64,000 bases of DNA from IMG/VR virus record IMGVR_UViG_3300030060_004280, positions 32,001-96,000 of that record; one strand, written 5' to 3'. Below are positions 32,276 through 40,840 of this stretch, in pieces; positions within the stretch are counted from its first letter, which is position 1, and every line of letters starts with the position of its first letter. Source of the stretch: a virus. Made by a program: the position numbers and the translations under genes. Below the pieces are notes generated by a model. That model made no database searches. It saw only the letters and a program-made list of their open reading frames with translations, and was not told where the DNA came from.

Positions 32276-32584
32276 TTAATCGCTGAACGGCATAGGTGTT
32301 CCCGCGTCTGTTCCTGCTACGCTCATTTTACCCTTAGAGTCATTGGTCGCTTTTTCAATTTCTTCTGCCTCTATCTTCTTTGCCGCAGACGCAAATGCAA
32401 AAGATTCTTCAAACTCATATAGCGACATATCCCATACATCGCCTAAGCGTATTCCGTAATGTTTCGCTACAAAATACGCAGAAGAGTTCATGTAAATCTC
32501 AATATCCAAATCTTCGGGTTTCTGTGCGGGGGATTTCATAAACGCATAGACTTCTTCTATGCGTCTTCCCCATCGCTCAAAGGG
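32276..32584 (-). CDS. tail assembly chaperone, frameshift-extended part (gpT-like)
   Basis: The -1 frame opens exactly at slippery CCCTTTG and runs into the 87-aa ORF ('VAKHYGIRLGDVWDMSLYEF'). Confidence 0.75.
   Translation of the reverse strand, partial: PFERWGRRIEEVYAFMKSPAQKPEDLDIEIYMNSSAYFVAKHYGIRLGDVWDMSLYEFEESFAFASAAKKIEAEEIEKATNDSKGKMSVAGTDAGTPMPFSD
32542..32584 (-). promoter_or_regulatory. programmed -1 ribosomal frameshift signal (slippery heptamer and hairpin)
   Basis: C CCT TTG at 32584-32578. Downstream 9-bp stem ACGCATAGA/TCTATGCGT with 5-nt loop at 32564-32542. Confidence 0.75.
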
Positions 32585-32946
32585 TTACTAATCAAATCCT
32601 GCGGTTGCGGCAATAGCGCGGTAATCTGTTGAGCAACATAAGGTTGCAATTGCATCATTTGAGTTGGTGTAATACGAGGCTCGGTCTTTTCAATGCACTC
32701 CGCGAACATATGTTTCCAATAAGCGGCAAGGTCAATGTCAACATTACCTGTTGCGGTGATGTTCAAAAAGGTCTTGATGGCGTTCTGCATTTGTATAAAT
32801 GATAAGTCGCGAACCCACACTTTCAATCCTATATCGGGATTGTCGGGGTCTGCACTTATCATATGTTCTTTTGCTGATGTATTCACCAATAGGCTTACTG
32901 CGCTGTCAACCAACTGCGTCGGTTGTTTCTGTTTCGTCGGATTCAT
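32557..32946 (-). CDS. tail assembly chaperone (gpG-like)
   Basis: Between tail tube and tape measure; slippery heptamer near its 3' end. Confidence 0.75.
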   Translation of the reverse strand: MNPTKQKQPTQLVDSAVSLLVNTSAKEHMISADPDNPDIGLKVWVRDLSFIQMQNAIKTFLNITATGNVDIDLAAYWKHMFAECIEKTEPRITPTQMMQLQPYVAQQITALLPQPQDLISNPLSDGEDA

Positions 32947-33361
32947 TACTTACACTTCCTGTTTCGTCGCTTGATACTGCCTCTTGCGAGGGGGTATCTT
33001 CGGCCACTTCAACAGCCTCTTGCGAGGGGGCATCCGCGTCCAATAGACGGGCAACTAATTCCGCCTTTTTTCCTCCAACTGCCAAACCTTGCGCACGACA
33101 TAACGCGCGTAGTTCTTCGACAGTCATGGAATTGTAATCAAGTATATCTTCTAATACTTCTTCAACTGTTTCTTCAACCACTTCTTCTTCGATAGGTGGT
33201 TCTTCGGGGAATGGATTGCCGTCAGTTTTGGCGGCTTCGGGATGGAAGATTTCTTCTTCAACTACTTCTTCTTCGATGGGTGGTTCTGCGATATACGCTT
33301 TTTTCTCAACAGCAATCCATCTTCGGGTGCGCGTTCCGCCTAAGTGCATACTCTCCTTCAT
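32906..33361 (-). CDS. acidic protein with SAP (helix-extension-helix) domain
   Basis: 'YNSMTVEELRALCRAQGLAVGGKKAELVARL' is a SAP signature. Duplicated 'EPPIEEEVVEE' and 'PSQEAV'. Confidence 0.85.
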   Translation of the reverse strand: MKESMHLGGTRTRRWIAVEKKAYIAEPPIEEEVVEEEIFHPEAAKTDGNPFPEEPPIEEEVVEETVEEVLEDILDYNSMTVEELRALCRAQGLAVGGKKAELVARLLDADAPSQEAVEVAEDTPSQEAVSSDETGSVSNESDETETTDAVG

Positions 33362-33365
33362 ATTA

Positions 33366-33719
33366 TCACTCCTGTTCTTGCAACTCTTTCAACTTATCTA
33401 TACTCAAACCGAGAGGATTTGGGTCAGTCTGCGGAACAGGAGGTGCGCTACCATCAACAAACTTTGTGTTTGGGTTAAGTTCTTGTATGCGCTCTTTTGA
33501 ATCAAATATGTTCGCTATCTCCGGTTTTTGCATTTTATCGCGCGCATGGTTGTTTTTTGCTTCTGTAATGAATTTGATTGCATCTTCACTACTCATTTCG
33601 GGGAATGATTCTTTCATTGACGCTAACGCTTCTTGCATATTCTTTGACTCTCTCGCTATCAAATCTATGGTGCTAAATCCACCTTTGATAACAGACCAAG
33701 AAGCGTTAAGAGGGGACAT
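33366..33719 (-). CDS. tagged hypothetical protein
   Basis: Leader 'MSPLNASWSVIKG'; tightly packed in the operon. Confidence 0.7.
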   Translation of the reverse strand: MSPLNASWSVIKGGFSTIDLIARESKNMQEALASMKESFPEMSSEDAIKFITEAKNNHARDKMQKPEIANIFDSKERIQELNPNTKFVDGSAPPVPQTDPNPLGLSIDKLKELQEQE

Positions 33720-33721
33720 AC

Positions 33722-34291
33722 TCAACATCCCATCTTTTCACATGTTGAACCATGAGGCTCGCACTTAGGGCAACACTTTGCTTTTTCCTTAATGATAGAC
33801 CACGCGGCGTTAGTTGCCATAGGGTAACCTGTTGCGACAGGAACAGGTTGCTGTTGTTGCGGTTTCTTCTTCTGTTGCATTTGTTGAGATGCCGCTTGAG
33901 TTGGGTGTAATGCTTCGGGGTTTTGCCCTTGATGAACAAATGATGGAGTGTCGAAAACAGACTCTCCTGTTCCGTGTGTGCCGAATGACTGTTCTTGACC
34001 GACACCTTGCATTTGCTGTCCTTCGACACCATGACCGCCGCTTTGACCGCCGTAGGTAATATTACCGCTTCTCATAGCGCCCGGTTGCATTCTTTCACCT
34101 CGTCGGTCCAATCTTTGTCCCATAGTCATTTTGTTTCGGTTATACAAGTTCTCATCACCCATCTCGGCATGCGCTAACGGTTCATACCCGCCTTGATGAT
34201 GGACAGCGCTACCTTCACCCGAACCCTGTAAGTTTGGTTTTACATATTCTTTCTTCAATTTATTCCATGCTATGTTTATTATATTATTCAT
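33722..34291 (-). CDS. doubly tagged Gln/Gly-rich protein with C-terminal Cys cluster
   Basis: 'INIAWNKLKK' and 'PMATNAAWSIIKE', followed by CCPKC..C..C. Confidence 0.75.
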   Translation of the reverse strand: MNNIINIAWNKLKKEYVKPNLQGSGEGSAVHHQGGYEPLAHAEMGDENLYNRNKMTMGQRLDRRGERMQPGAMRSGNITYGGQSGGHGVEGQQMQGVGQEQSFGTHGTGESVFDTPSFVHQGQNPEALHPTQAASQQMQQKKKPQQQQPVPVATGYPMATNAAWSIIKEKAKCCPKCEPHGSTCEKMGC

Positions 34292-34295
34292 TTTA

Positions 34296-36770
34296 TCACA
34301 ATCCTAAAAATGCATCATGTGAAATAACACGGACATGCTTTGGCATAATTGTCATTTCGCTCTTGATGACACCCTTATCTTCGGGGATTGGTAGCGGTGC
34401 TTCGCTGATGATATAATCATCAACTACGATGATTACTTCTTCTCGATTGCTACCTGCTCCTGCTTTGGTAAGGGTGAGTGTAATTGGTTCTGTGTGTCCG
34501 TGACTACGGTTGGTTCTGTATTCATGCCATAGTAGCGGGTCGGAAACAATGATTGTCATTTTCATTTCATACTCAACTTGCTTTTCAATTGTCAAGTTAG
34601 GATTGCGCGAACCGCCAAATGGAACTTGCTCAAGCGATTGTCCGAGAGAGTTTCTTGATTCCTTAAACGCGGAGCCACGAACTGTTAGAATATTCTCTAT
34701 GTTGTTGTTTCCTGTAAGTGAGAAGTTTGTGATTTGCGCGAGGTTAATACCAAAAGCGTTAATCTGTCCGTTGTAAAAGAAGTATGGCTTTTCTGTGTTT
34801 GGCGCTATACCCGCTTTCTTTCTTTCCGCTTTACCGTTAGCGATGTTCTCAAACATTCGGTGAGTGCTGTATCTGTCACCCTTGTTTTCGGGTGTGTCAT
34901 CTTCAAGACGGCCTGTATCTGTGTAACAATATAGCGCATCAAAGTTGACGGTCAACTTAACTTCTGCATCTGCATCTGCGGCGATTGCAAAGTCCTTCAC
35001 TTTGCACCCTCTCCAAATACGAGTTAGTTGTTTGTTATCGGATGCTGAACCCGGTGGCGCTTCGCTACCTGTCGAACTTGCATTGTAAGAGCCGGTGTTG
35101 CGCGTTCGCATACTTGTTTCAAGAGTAAAGGATGGAACGGTAGCGCCTTGAAAAATCAAGCGCGACATTCGATTTTGTATTTCCCCATAACTACCCGTAG
35201 CGGAGTTAAAGTGTGGAGAACCATTCGCGTTATCATCTGCAAAAGGTATGACCTTTAGAGTAAAGTTACCAAGTGCATGGTCGAAGGTGAACGGCTCTTC
35301 AACATAGATTCGCTTACCAACTGCATCATGCAAAATAACACGGCGTATTTCATTACGCTCGGCATTTTCCATATCAACACCAAGACCATCATTACCCCAC
35401 TTCTTACCACTTGCGGCTACTGCTCGGTCTGTTGGAAACTCAACTGCTGTTCCATCAACGACGAGTAAGTATTCTCCTGCAAATGGCGCATTTGACATAG
35501 TTCCTGTATATTCATAATAACTGTCACCTGCGGCTATATCTTTGTTAGTGTTACCTGTTGGCGCGATTCTAAAGTGAGTTCCTGCGCTTGCTCCTACATC
35601 GTCAACGACCTGCGCGCCAAGAGAGTAGTATAACCAACGGGCGCTGTTCATCATCATTTCAATAGAGCCGCCTTCATTCTTCATGCTTTGAGGCTCTTGA
35701 ATAACTACATCACGACCAAGACCGATAACATGGCTTCGGCGGATTTCGACTTTGGTTTCCGGTAGCGCTACCGTAGCGGCAAGTCCAACAAATTGGTCTG
35801 TGAGAACGGACTCATCGGATAGTTTAGCACTTGCGTTGTAAGTCATTCCTGTGTCCATAGTTGGTGTTCCAATTGTATCAATGAGTATTTCATCGTTAGC
35901 ACTTGACGCACCATTCTCTTTCATCTTTGGAGTGACTGTGATAACATTAGCGCTATTGGCTACAATAGTGTATGTATTACCTGTTGTAGCGTAATCGTCA
36001 GCGTCATAATTTGCGCTTGAACCTCTAACGCGAAGTGTTGAACCAACAAGCATTCCCGCAGGGTATTTGAGATTACCACTTGCGTCGAACATTCCGCTTG
36101 TTGCTTGTGTAAATGTAATATCTGTGCAATCGGCGTTTGAAGCGTTGGTTGTTTTAGTAAATAGTAATCCACCTGCTGTAAGAGATGTTACGGCAACTGT
36201 TCCTCCTGTTCCTGTTCCAAGAGTTAACACATCGCCTACATTATATCCTGTTCCTGCTACGGATGGACTTGCAGTAATTGTTGCAATTACACCATTAGCA
36301 ATTGCTGTTACTACAACTTTGAATGTGCCACCACCGCTACCACCTGTGTCTAAAGTGATAACATCATCGACAGCATGCCCTGTTCCGCTATTTGTGACAG
36401 TATATGTTAAAACACCACCTGTGCCTGTTACTGTGTCTATTGTGATTGCTAAACCTACTCCTGCTCCTGTTGAAGCGCTCGCGCCGGATTGTGAAACATT
36501 TTCTGCCGCAACATAACTTGCACCTGCGTCGTCAACAGCAGAAGTGGTAATCACACCATTATCAACTGATGCTATTGCAATTGTTGCACCTGTTCCGCTA
36601 CCGCCGGTTGTAGCAACCGTAGCGACAGAATATCCCGAACCTCCGGTAGCCGGAGCAGTATTTACAGCCGCTATCGCACCTGCTCCAAATGCTCCATTCT
36701 TTAGCGCTACTCCGCATTCATGCCCGAATGTTACTTCTGCTAAGTCACCCTTATACACCGTCGATACCAT
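34296..36770 (-). CDS. major tail (tube) protein with large decorative insertions
   Basis: Position before the chaperones and tape measure. Tube-like 'VPSFTLE..RIWRGCKVKDFAI..PYFFYNG..ITNFSLTGNNN'. Gly/Thr-rich insert near the N-terminus. Confidence 0.75.
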   Translation of the reverse strand: MVSTVYKGDLAEVTFGHECGVALKNGAFGAGAIAAVNTAPATGGSGYSVATVATTGGSGTGATIAIASVDNGVITTSAVDDAGASYVAAENVSQSGASASTGAGVGLAITIDTVTGTGGVLTYTVTNSGTGHAVDDVITLDTGGSGGGTFKVVVTAIANGVIATITASPSVAGTGYNVGDVLTLGTGTGGTVAVTSLTAGGLLFTKTTNASNADCTDITFTQATSGMFDASGNLKYPAGMLVGSTLRVRGSSANYDADDYATTGNTYTIVANSANVITVTPKMKENGASSANDEILIDTIGTPTMDTGMTYNASAKLSDESVLTDQFVGLAATVALPETKVEIRRSHVIGLGRDVVIQEPQSMKNEGGSIEMMMNSARWLYYSLGAQVVDDVGASAGTHFRIAPTGNTNKDIAAGDSYYEYTGTMSNAPFAGEYLLVVDGTAVEFPTDRAVAASGKKWGNDGLGVDMENAERNEIRRVILHDAVGKRIYVEEPFTFDHALGNFTLKVIPFADDNANGSPHFNSATGSYGEIQNRMSRLIFQGATVPSFTLETSMRTRNTGSYNASSTGSEAPPGSASDNKQLTRIWRGCKVKDFAIAADADAEVKLTVNFDALYCYTDTGRLEDDTPENKGDRYSTHRMFENIANGKAERKKAGIAPNTEKPYFFYNGQINAFGINLAQITNFSLTGNNNIENILTVRGSAFKESRNSLGQSLEQVPFGGSRNPNLTIEKQVEYEMKMTIIVSDPLLWHEYRTNRSHGHTEPITLTLTKAGAGSNREEVIIVVDDYIISEAPLPIPEDKGVIKSEMTIMPKHVRVISHDAFLGL

Positions 36771-36787
36771 TTCTATTCCTCTTTTTA

Positions 36788-37225
36788 TTATGCTATTAAT
36801 TCGCTGAAAATTACTATCTCAACTTGGAAGGTCATGCGGTGTAACCGCTTCGTTCTGTCCGAAAGGTCAGTTCTTGTTTTATAGAGTAATCGGTCAAAAT
36901 TAGCCCCATCTCCCTTTCTGTTAGCGTGAACTATACGCCTTATTTCATCCTCCATCTTTGACAGTTGTGCGCGCCCCTCCATAGTCCGAGCATCGACTGT
37001 CACATTTATACGCGTATGCACAAAATCATAAAAGATTTCGGGTTGTTCTTCGTTATGTGCTGTTTCATACAAGACAACTGCATCGGAGCGCGCTAAGTCA
37101 AGACGCTTACCTCCCGGCTCAACAGTAGTAATGTCTTGTATGACAGGTTTTCTTTGAGAAGTGTTACCGCGATTCCAACCATCATTAAACAATTTTTTGA
37201 TAAGTTCGATAGACTCAAGCCCCAT
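36788..37225 (-). CDS. tail terminator / head-tail completion protein
   Basis: 145 aa directly upstream of the tail tube; 'INVTVDART..DEIRRIV..RMTFQVEI' pattern. Confidence 0.6.
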   Translation of the reverse strand: MGLESIELIKKLFNDGWNRGNTSQRKPVIQDITTVEPGGKRLDLARSDAVVLYETAHNEEQPEIFYDFVHTRINVTVDARTMEGRAQLSKMEDEIRRIVHANRKGDGANFDRLLYKTRTDLSDRTKRLHRMTFQVEIVIFSELIA

Positions 37226-37491
37226 TAGAAATCCCTCCCGATAGGACTTTCGTTAGCCGCTTGTTTCATAGCGCTCTCTATAATAGTGTTGTAATCGGGA
37301 TGTTTCGATTCCATTTTAGAACCATTTTTATCTAATATGAAACCATTTCTATCAACATCATACCCCATAGCGTCAGCCGCCGCTATAAGGAATATGCGAC
37401 CTTCTTTACCGTATATTGACAGTTTCCTTACTTCTCGTAGCGGAACTGCCAACTCCTTGAGTATAGCGTCTTTATCCCACAACTCACTCAA
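37225..37491 (-). CDS. hypothetical protein
   Basis: Overlap-coupled ORF in the head-tail region. Confidence 0.65.
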   Translation of the reverse strand: MSELWDKDAILKELAVPLREVRKLSIYGKEGRIFLIAAADAMGYDVDRNGFILDKNGSKMESKHPDYNTIIESAMKQAANESPIGRDF

Positions 37492-39073
37492 GCGTCATCA
37501 CCTCCACATAGCGCGGTAAGGTTTCCGCTACTTGAGCCTTTAGGAGTTGGTATTTTGAACCCAAATCAACATTCTGTGTTCCTTCGGGTAATAACACGCT
37601 TCGGTCATCGGATAGAATCAAATCCATCGCTACAAGTTTAGTGCATATATCTTCGATTGCTTTTTCCACATAGCGCTCACCATAAACATACGATACCTTA
37701 ACAGCATTCCATGAGAAATACGGGTATGTGTTATTGAAATAAATGATACCTAAGTCGTAGTCAGCCCACCAATCGCGCAATCGCGCTTCGTCACCCGATG
37801 TCGAACTTACATAATCAATCTTGAATCGGTTTTGATGCACGATAGCGTCAGTTGTAGCCGCCGCACTTATGTCACCTGTAAGGTCGGCAACACCTGTCAG
37901 TTGGTTACCTGTTTTACCTGTGTAGTAACCAACTGCTGAACCTATCTTGATAAGACCATATTCAGCAAAAGGTGATGCATCAACTAAAGTTATTTCAGTC
38001 GCGGTTGAACTTGCTACTTTACCTTGAAAAGAATTACAACCTGTAATGTCGATACCCTCTTCGTTTGTTATAGCAATTGTAGCGGTTTCTCCTGCATCGC
38101 CTCGACGCATGGATGTTATCTTGATTTGACCGCCACCGTAGTCATTGTTAGCAGAAGACATAAACTCATGATGAACATTTGCTACAACTGAACCATCATC
38201 TGCTTGCGCATCTTCAAGACTAAACGATGGAGAAAATGTAATTGCTTCTTTACCACGCCTCAAATCCTTATTGATAAGGTCGGATAATTGTTGCGCGGTT
38301 GTAACATTATCAAATTGAGCATTAAACTTTGATTTGTTAGTTCCTGCTGTGAGAGTGGCGACACCGCCACCACCCGGACAAAGATACACCGCGTCTGTAT
38401 CTGCTGTCAATTTAGTAAAATCAAGAACTTTCAAACGCACTTCTGCGGTAGCAATCTCTCTATATTCATGTCCTTGCCATACTTCAAGTCGAAGTATTTG
38501 TTGAACATTACGGAAATATAGCGGAACTGAACCAACATAATCTGTATAGTATCTTCTTCTGTATGGCTTGTATGTATCGAAGTTGACATATTCTGCCGTC
38601 TGTAACATAGGTCGCCATGAGTTGTTAGTAAGATTGTCAATTTTATCTTGAGTGCGCAGAATAAGAGTTTCAACTTGTTTCTTTGTAACACCTTTGCGCT
38701 TACCGTTTGTGAATGATTGTAGCGGTTGAACATATGCGTTATCGGCAGTATCGTAATCTCCTGTAAGGCCACCAACCCATGTTAGTATAACATTGCTACC
38801 ATCGCGCGAAACATTAGTTAGTGTTACTTCTTCACCCATTTCAACATCGCTTGCAATCTCAATCTTATCACCGATTTCAAATCCGGTATGTCTGTAATCA
38901 CTTGCTGAAATTGTAGCGGTAGTAGCGCTTGTGTTAGAGTCACTTACAAGATAAACAGGGTCGGGTAGCGGTATCTGTAATATGTCCGCTACTTTTTGCG
39001 CAGTAGTGTAGTATAAGCGCGTAGGGTCAAGTGGTCTTGGCGCTCTTTCTCCTGTTTGGAAAACTGTCGGCAT
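37484..39073 (-). CDS. head-tail adaptor (gp6/gp15-like) with large insertions
   Basis: 'YYTTAQKVADIL..ILRTQDKIDNLTNNSW' and 'VKVSYVYG..IEDICTKLVAMDL' are adaptor-like termini. Confidence 0.6.
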   Translation of the reverse strand: MPTVFQTGERAPRPLDPTRLYYTTAQKVADILQIPLPDPVYLVSDSNTSATTATISASDYRHTGFEIGDKIEIASDVEMGEEVTLTNVSRDGSNVILTWVGGLTGDYDTADNAYVQPLQSFTNGKRKGVTKKQVETLILRTQDKIDNLTNNSWRPMLQTAEYVNFDTYKPYRRRYYTDYVGSVPLYFRNVQQILRLEVWQGHEYREIATAEVRLKVLDFTKLTADTDAVYLCPGGGGVATLTAGTNKSKFNAQFDNVTTAQQLSDLINKDLRRGKEAITFSPSFSLEDAQADDGSVVANVHHEFMSSANNDYGGGQIKITSMRRGDAGETATIAITNEEGIDITGCNSFQGKVASSTATEITLVDASPFAEYGLIKIGSAVGYYTGKTGNQLTGVADLTGDISAAATTDAIVHQNRFKIDYVSSTSGDEARLRDWWADYDLGIIYFNNTYPYFSWNAVKVSYVYGERYVEKAIEDICTKLVAMDLILSDDRSVLLPEGTQNVDLGSKYQLLKAQVAETLPRYVEVMTLE

Positions 39074-39300
39074 TAGACTTCACTCCTTCTTGCTTGCTCT
39101 TCTCGCAGTTGCGCTTCTAATTTATCCGCTTCTGCTCTCTTCTCTTCTATGAGTCTTCTTAACTCATCAAAATGAGGCGCGTATTCTTGCGCTCCCTGTT
39201 CGATTTGTTGTCGTTGCTGTTCTCGCTTCGCTTGCTCTTCTGCGAGCATTCTGCCAATTTCAGCAGGGTCATTTTTGAGAAGAAGAATCCATTTCATCAT
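39073..39300 (-). CDS. short coiled-coil protein with WxxLLK leader
   Basis: 'MMKWILLLKND' followed by an E/Q/R-rich helix. Confidence 0.6.
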   Translation of the reverse strand: MMKWILLLKNDPAEIGRMLAEEQAKREQQRQQIEQGAQEYAPHFDELRRLIEEKRAEADKLEAQLREEQARRSEV

Positions 39301-39584
39301 ATCACCTTCTCGACCTTACCGAGATTGTATTCCATTGGTTTGCCGCAAGAACCACAGCGCTCAAGATAGCAGAAGTGAAGCATGCCGCAATGACGACAAC
39401 GCGTTCCGCTACCGATATTGAGAACATCGCGAATGTTGCGCGAACGGATGTTTTGTTGTTTGACAACGCCTTCTAATTTGTCGCGTTTGTTTGAATCAAC
39501 GCGGTCGCCTTCGTCTTGAACCCAACCTTGCTTAGCCATTCTGTGAATGTCTTGCGGTGTTAGTCCCATGTCGCTCACCTTCAA
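39297..39584 (-). CDS. Zn-ribbon protein
   Basis: CRHCG...CGSCG at the C-terminus. Confidence 0.75.
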   Translation of the reverse strand: MKVSDMGLTPQDIHRMAKQGWVQDEGDRVDSNKRDKLEGVVKQQNIRSRNIRDVLNIGSGTRCRHCGMLHFCYLERCGSCGKPMEYNLGKVEKVI

Positions 39585-39754
39585 GCGGTGACAACAACAA
39601 CATAGAGATTACCTTGCATCGTGTAAGATGTTATACTCTCAACGGTCTTAGCGTTGGTATAATCATCAAGCACCTTTTGGACTCCACCTTCAACCAACGC
39701 GCCTGTTTCACAAGCCTCGTTAGGTGTGAACTCAAACACTTTAGTATCGGACAA
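39581..39754 (-). CDS. small hypothetical protein (57 aa, not in ORF track)
   Basis: TTG start after GGTGA. MSDTKVFEFTPNEACETGALVEGGVQKVLDDYTNAKTVESITSYTMQGNLYVVVVTA fills the gap exactly. Confidence 0.65.
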   Translation of the reverse strand: MSDTKVFEFTPNEACETGALVEGGVQKVLDDYTNAKTVESITSYTMQGNLYVVVVTA

Positions 39755-39765
39755 GGTGAATCACC

Positions 39766-40017
39766 TTATCTCTTGCCAAGTGCGAATAGTCGTCCACCGG
39801 ACGCATGAGAAATGTCCGAGAAAGAAACAGTTGTTCCCGCTACTTTCGCTACACTTGCAGTTCCCGACGCGTGTGAAGGTTGAACCTGTGCCATGAGTAT
39901 TTCTGTCATGAAAGCACTAAGGTCAACGCTTGTGTCGCCGTTCGCTACTGTTCCGGTAATTGCTATCAAATCGCCTAATACATGTGGTCTGTTATCGCTT
40001 GTAAATGCCATATTCAT
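39766..40017 (-). CDS. small beta-rich virion protein (head decoration-like)
   Basis: Downstream of the capsid gene; small-residue beta composition. Confidence 0.55.
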   Translation of the reverse strand: MNMAFTSDNRPHVLGDLIAITGTVANGDTSVDLSAFMTEILMAQVQPSHASGTASVAKVAGTTVSFSDISHASGGRLFALGKR

Positions 40018-40397
40018 TCATCTCCTGTTGTGTTATCCATATCGCCTTCGCTCATAGAGTCTTCGGTAACTTTGGGCGGGTTAAGGTGTGCATCGACTTT
40101 AGCAAGTAATTTTGCTTTGGTTGATAGCGCGCTATATTCAACGCTATTATCATCCATCCATGTCATAATGTCACCTTTAGTCCACTTCATATCGGGTATG
40201 CCGTCATTGCCTTCATCTTCTTTAGCGGCAGGTAGCGCGAAAGGCACACCGTCCACTAAGAACTCTCCAACAAGAGCATGCGCATAATGGTCGACCCATT
40301 CTTGCGTTTTGCTTTCTGCTTTACCCCAAGTCCAAAATCCTAAGCGACCCATATTACAGCCCGCCTTATGGCGACCTTTGTAAGTTACAGTCGGCAT
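40014..40397 (-). CDS. protein with C-terminal HeH/Rho-N-like domain
   Basis: 'WTKGDIMTWMDDNSVEYSALSTKAKLLAKV'; likely start MPTVTYKG. Confidence 0.65.
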   Translation of the reverse strand: MPTVTYKGRHKAGCNMGRLGFWTWGKAESKTQEWVDHYAHALVGEFLVDGVPFALPAAKEDEGNDGIPDMKWTKGDIMTWMDDNSVEYSALSTKAKLLAKVDAHLNPPKVTEDSMSEGDMDNTTGDE

Positions 40398-40408
40398 TGG
40401 AATCAGCC

Positions 40409-40825
40409 TCAAGCAACAATCATCCATGCTGTAACATTAGCACCCGGCGCACCAACTACTGTGAATTGAGCAACACCGTTAGTAATGTTCTTTAGTTCAA
40501 CACCTGCGTTTGCGACGCTTGTAGCACCAACAAGAACTGCAATAATTTTATTTGCACCACCGGACAATGTGAGGGTTTCATCATCAGCAAGAACGGTTGT
40601 GAACTTTCCACAAACCAATTTCAATCCTGCCGTTGTTGTTCCGTCAGTCTGTCGAGCCTCAAATTGCCCTAATGTCCCCGGATAATAAACACCTGCTTTT
40701 GAAGCGGCGGTTGCGCCACCTGCAAGCCATTCACCATCAGTAGTCGGACTACCTGCGTATAGGTCTAAACTAAAACTTTCAGTAAATACTGCGCTTCCAT
40801 CTGTTGTATATGTTATATCTGCCAT
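40409..40825 (-). CDS. putative capsid decoration/cement protein
   Basis: Directly after the capsid gene, with strong RBS (GGAGATGA); A/T/G-rich. Confidence 0.55.
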   Translation of the reverse strand: MADITYTTDGSAVFTESFSLDLYAGSPTTDGEWLAGGATAASKAGVYYPGTLGQFEARQTDGTTTAGLKLVCGKFTTVLADDETLTLSGGANKIIAVLVGATSVANAGVELKNITNGVAQFTVVGAPGANVTAWMIVA

Positions 40826-40840
40826 TCTTCATCATCTCCT

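Noticed and set aside
34296-36770. 824-aa protein as a contractile tail sheath
   Set aside because: No sheath motifs and no separate tube or baseplate wedge genes recognised; size is explained by insertions in a tube-like protein.
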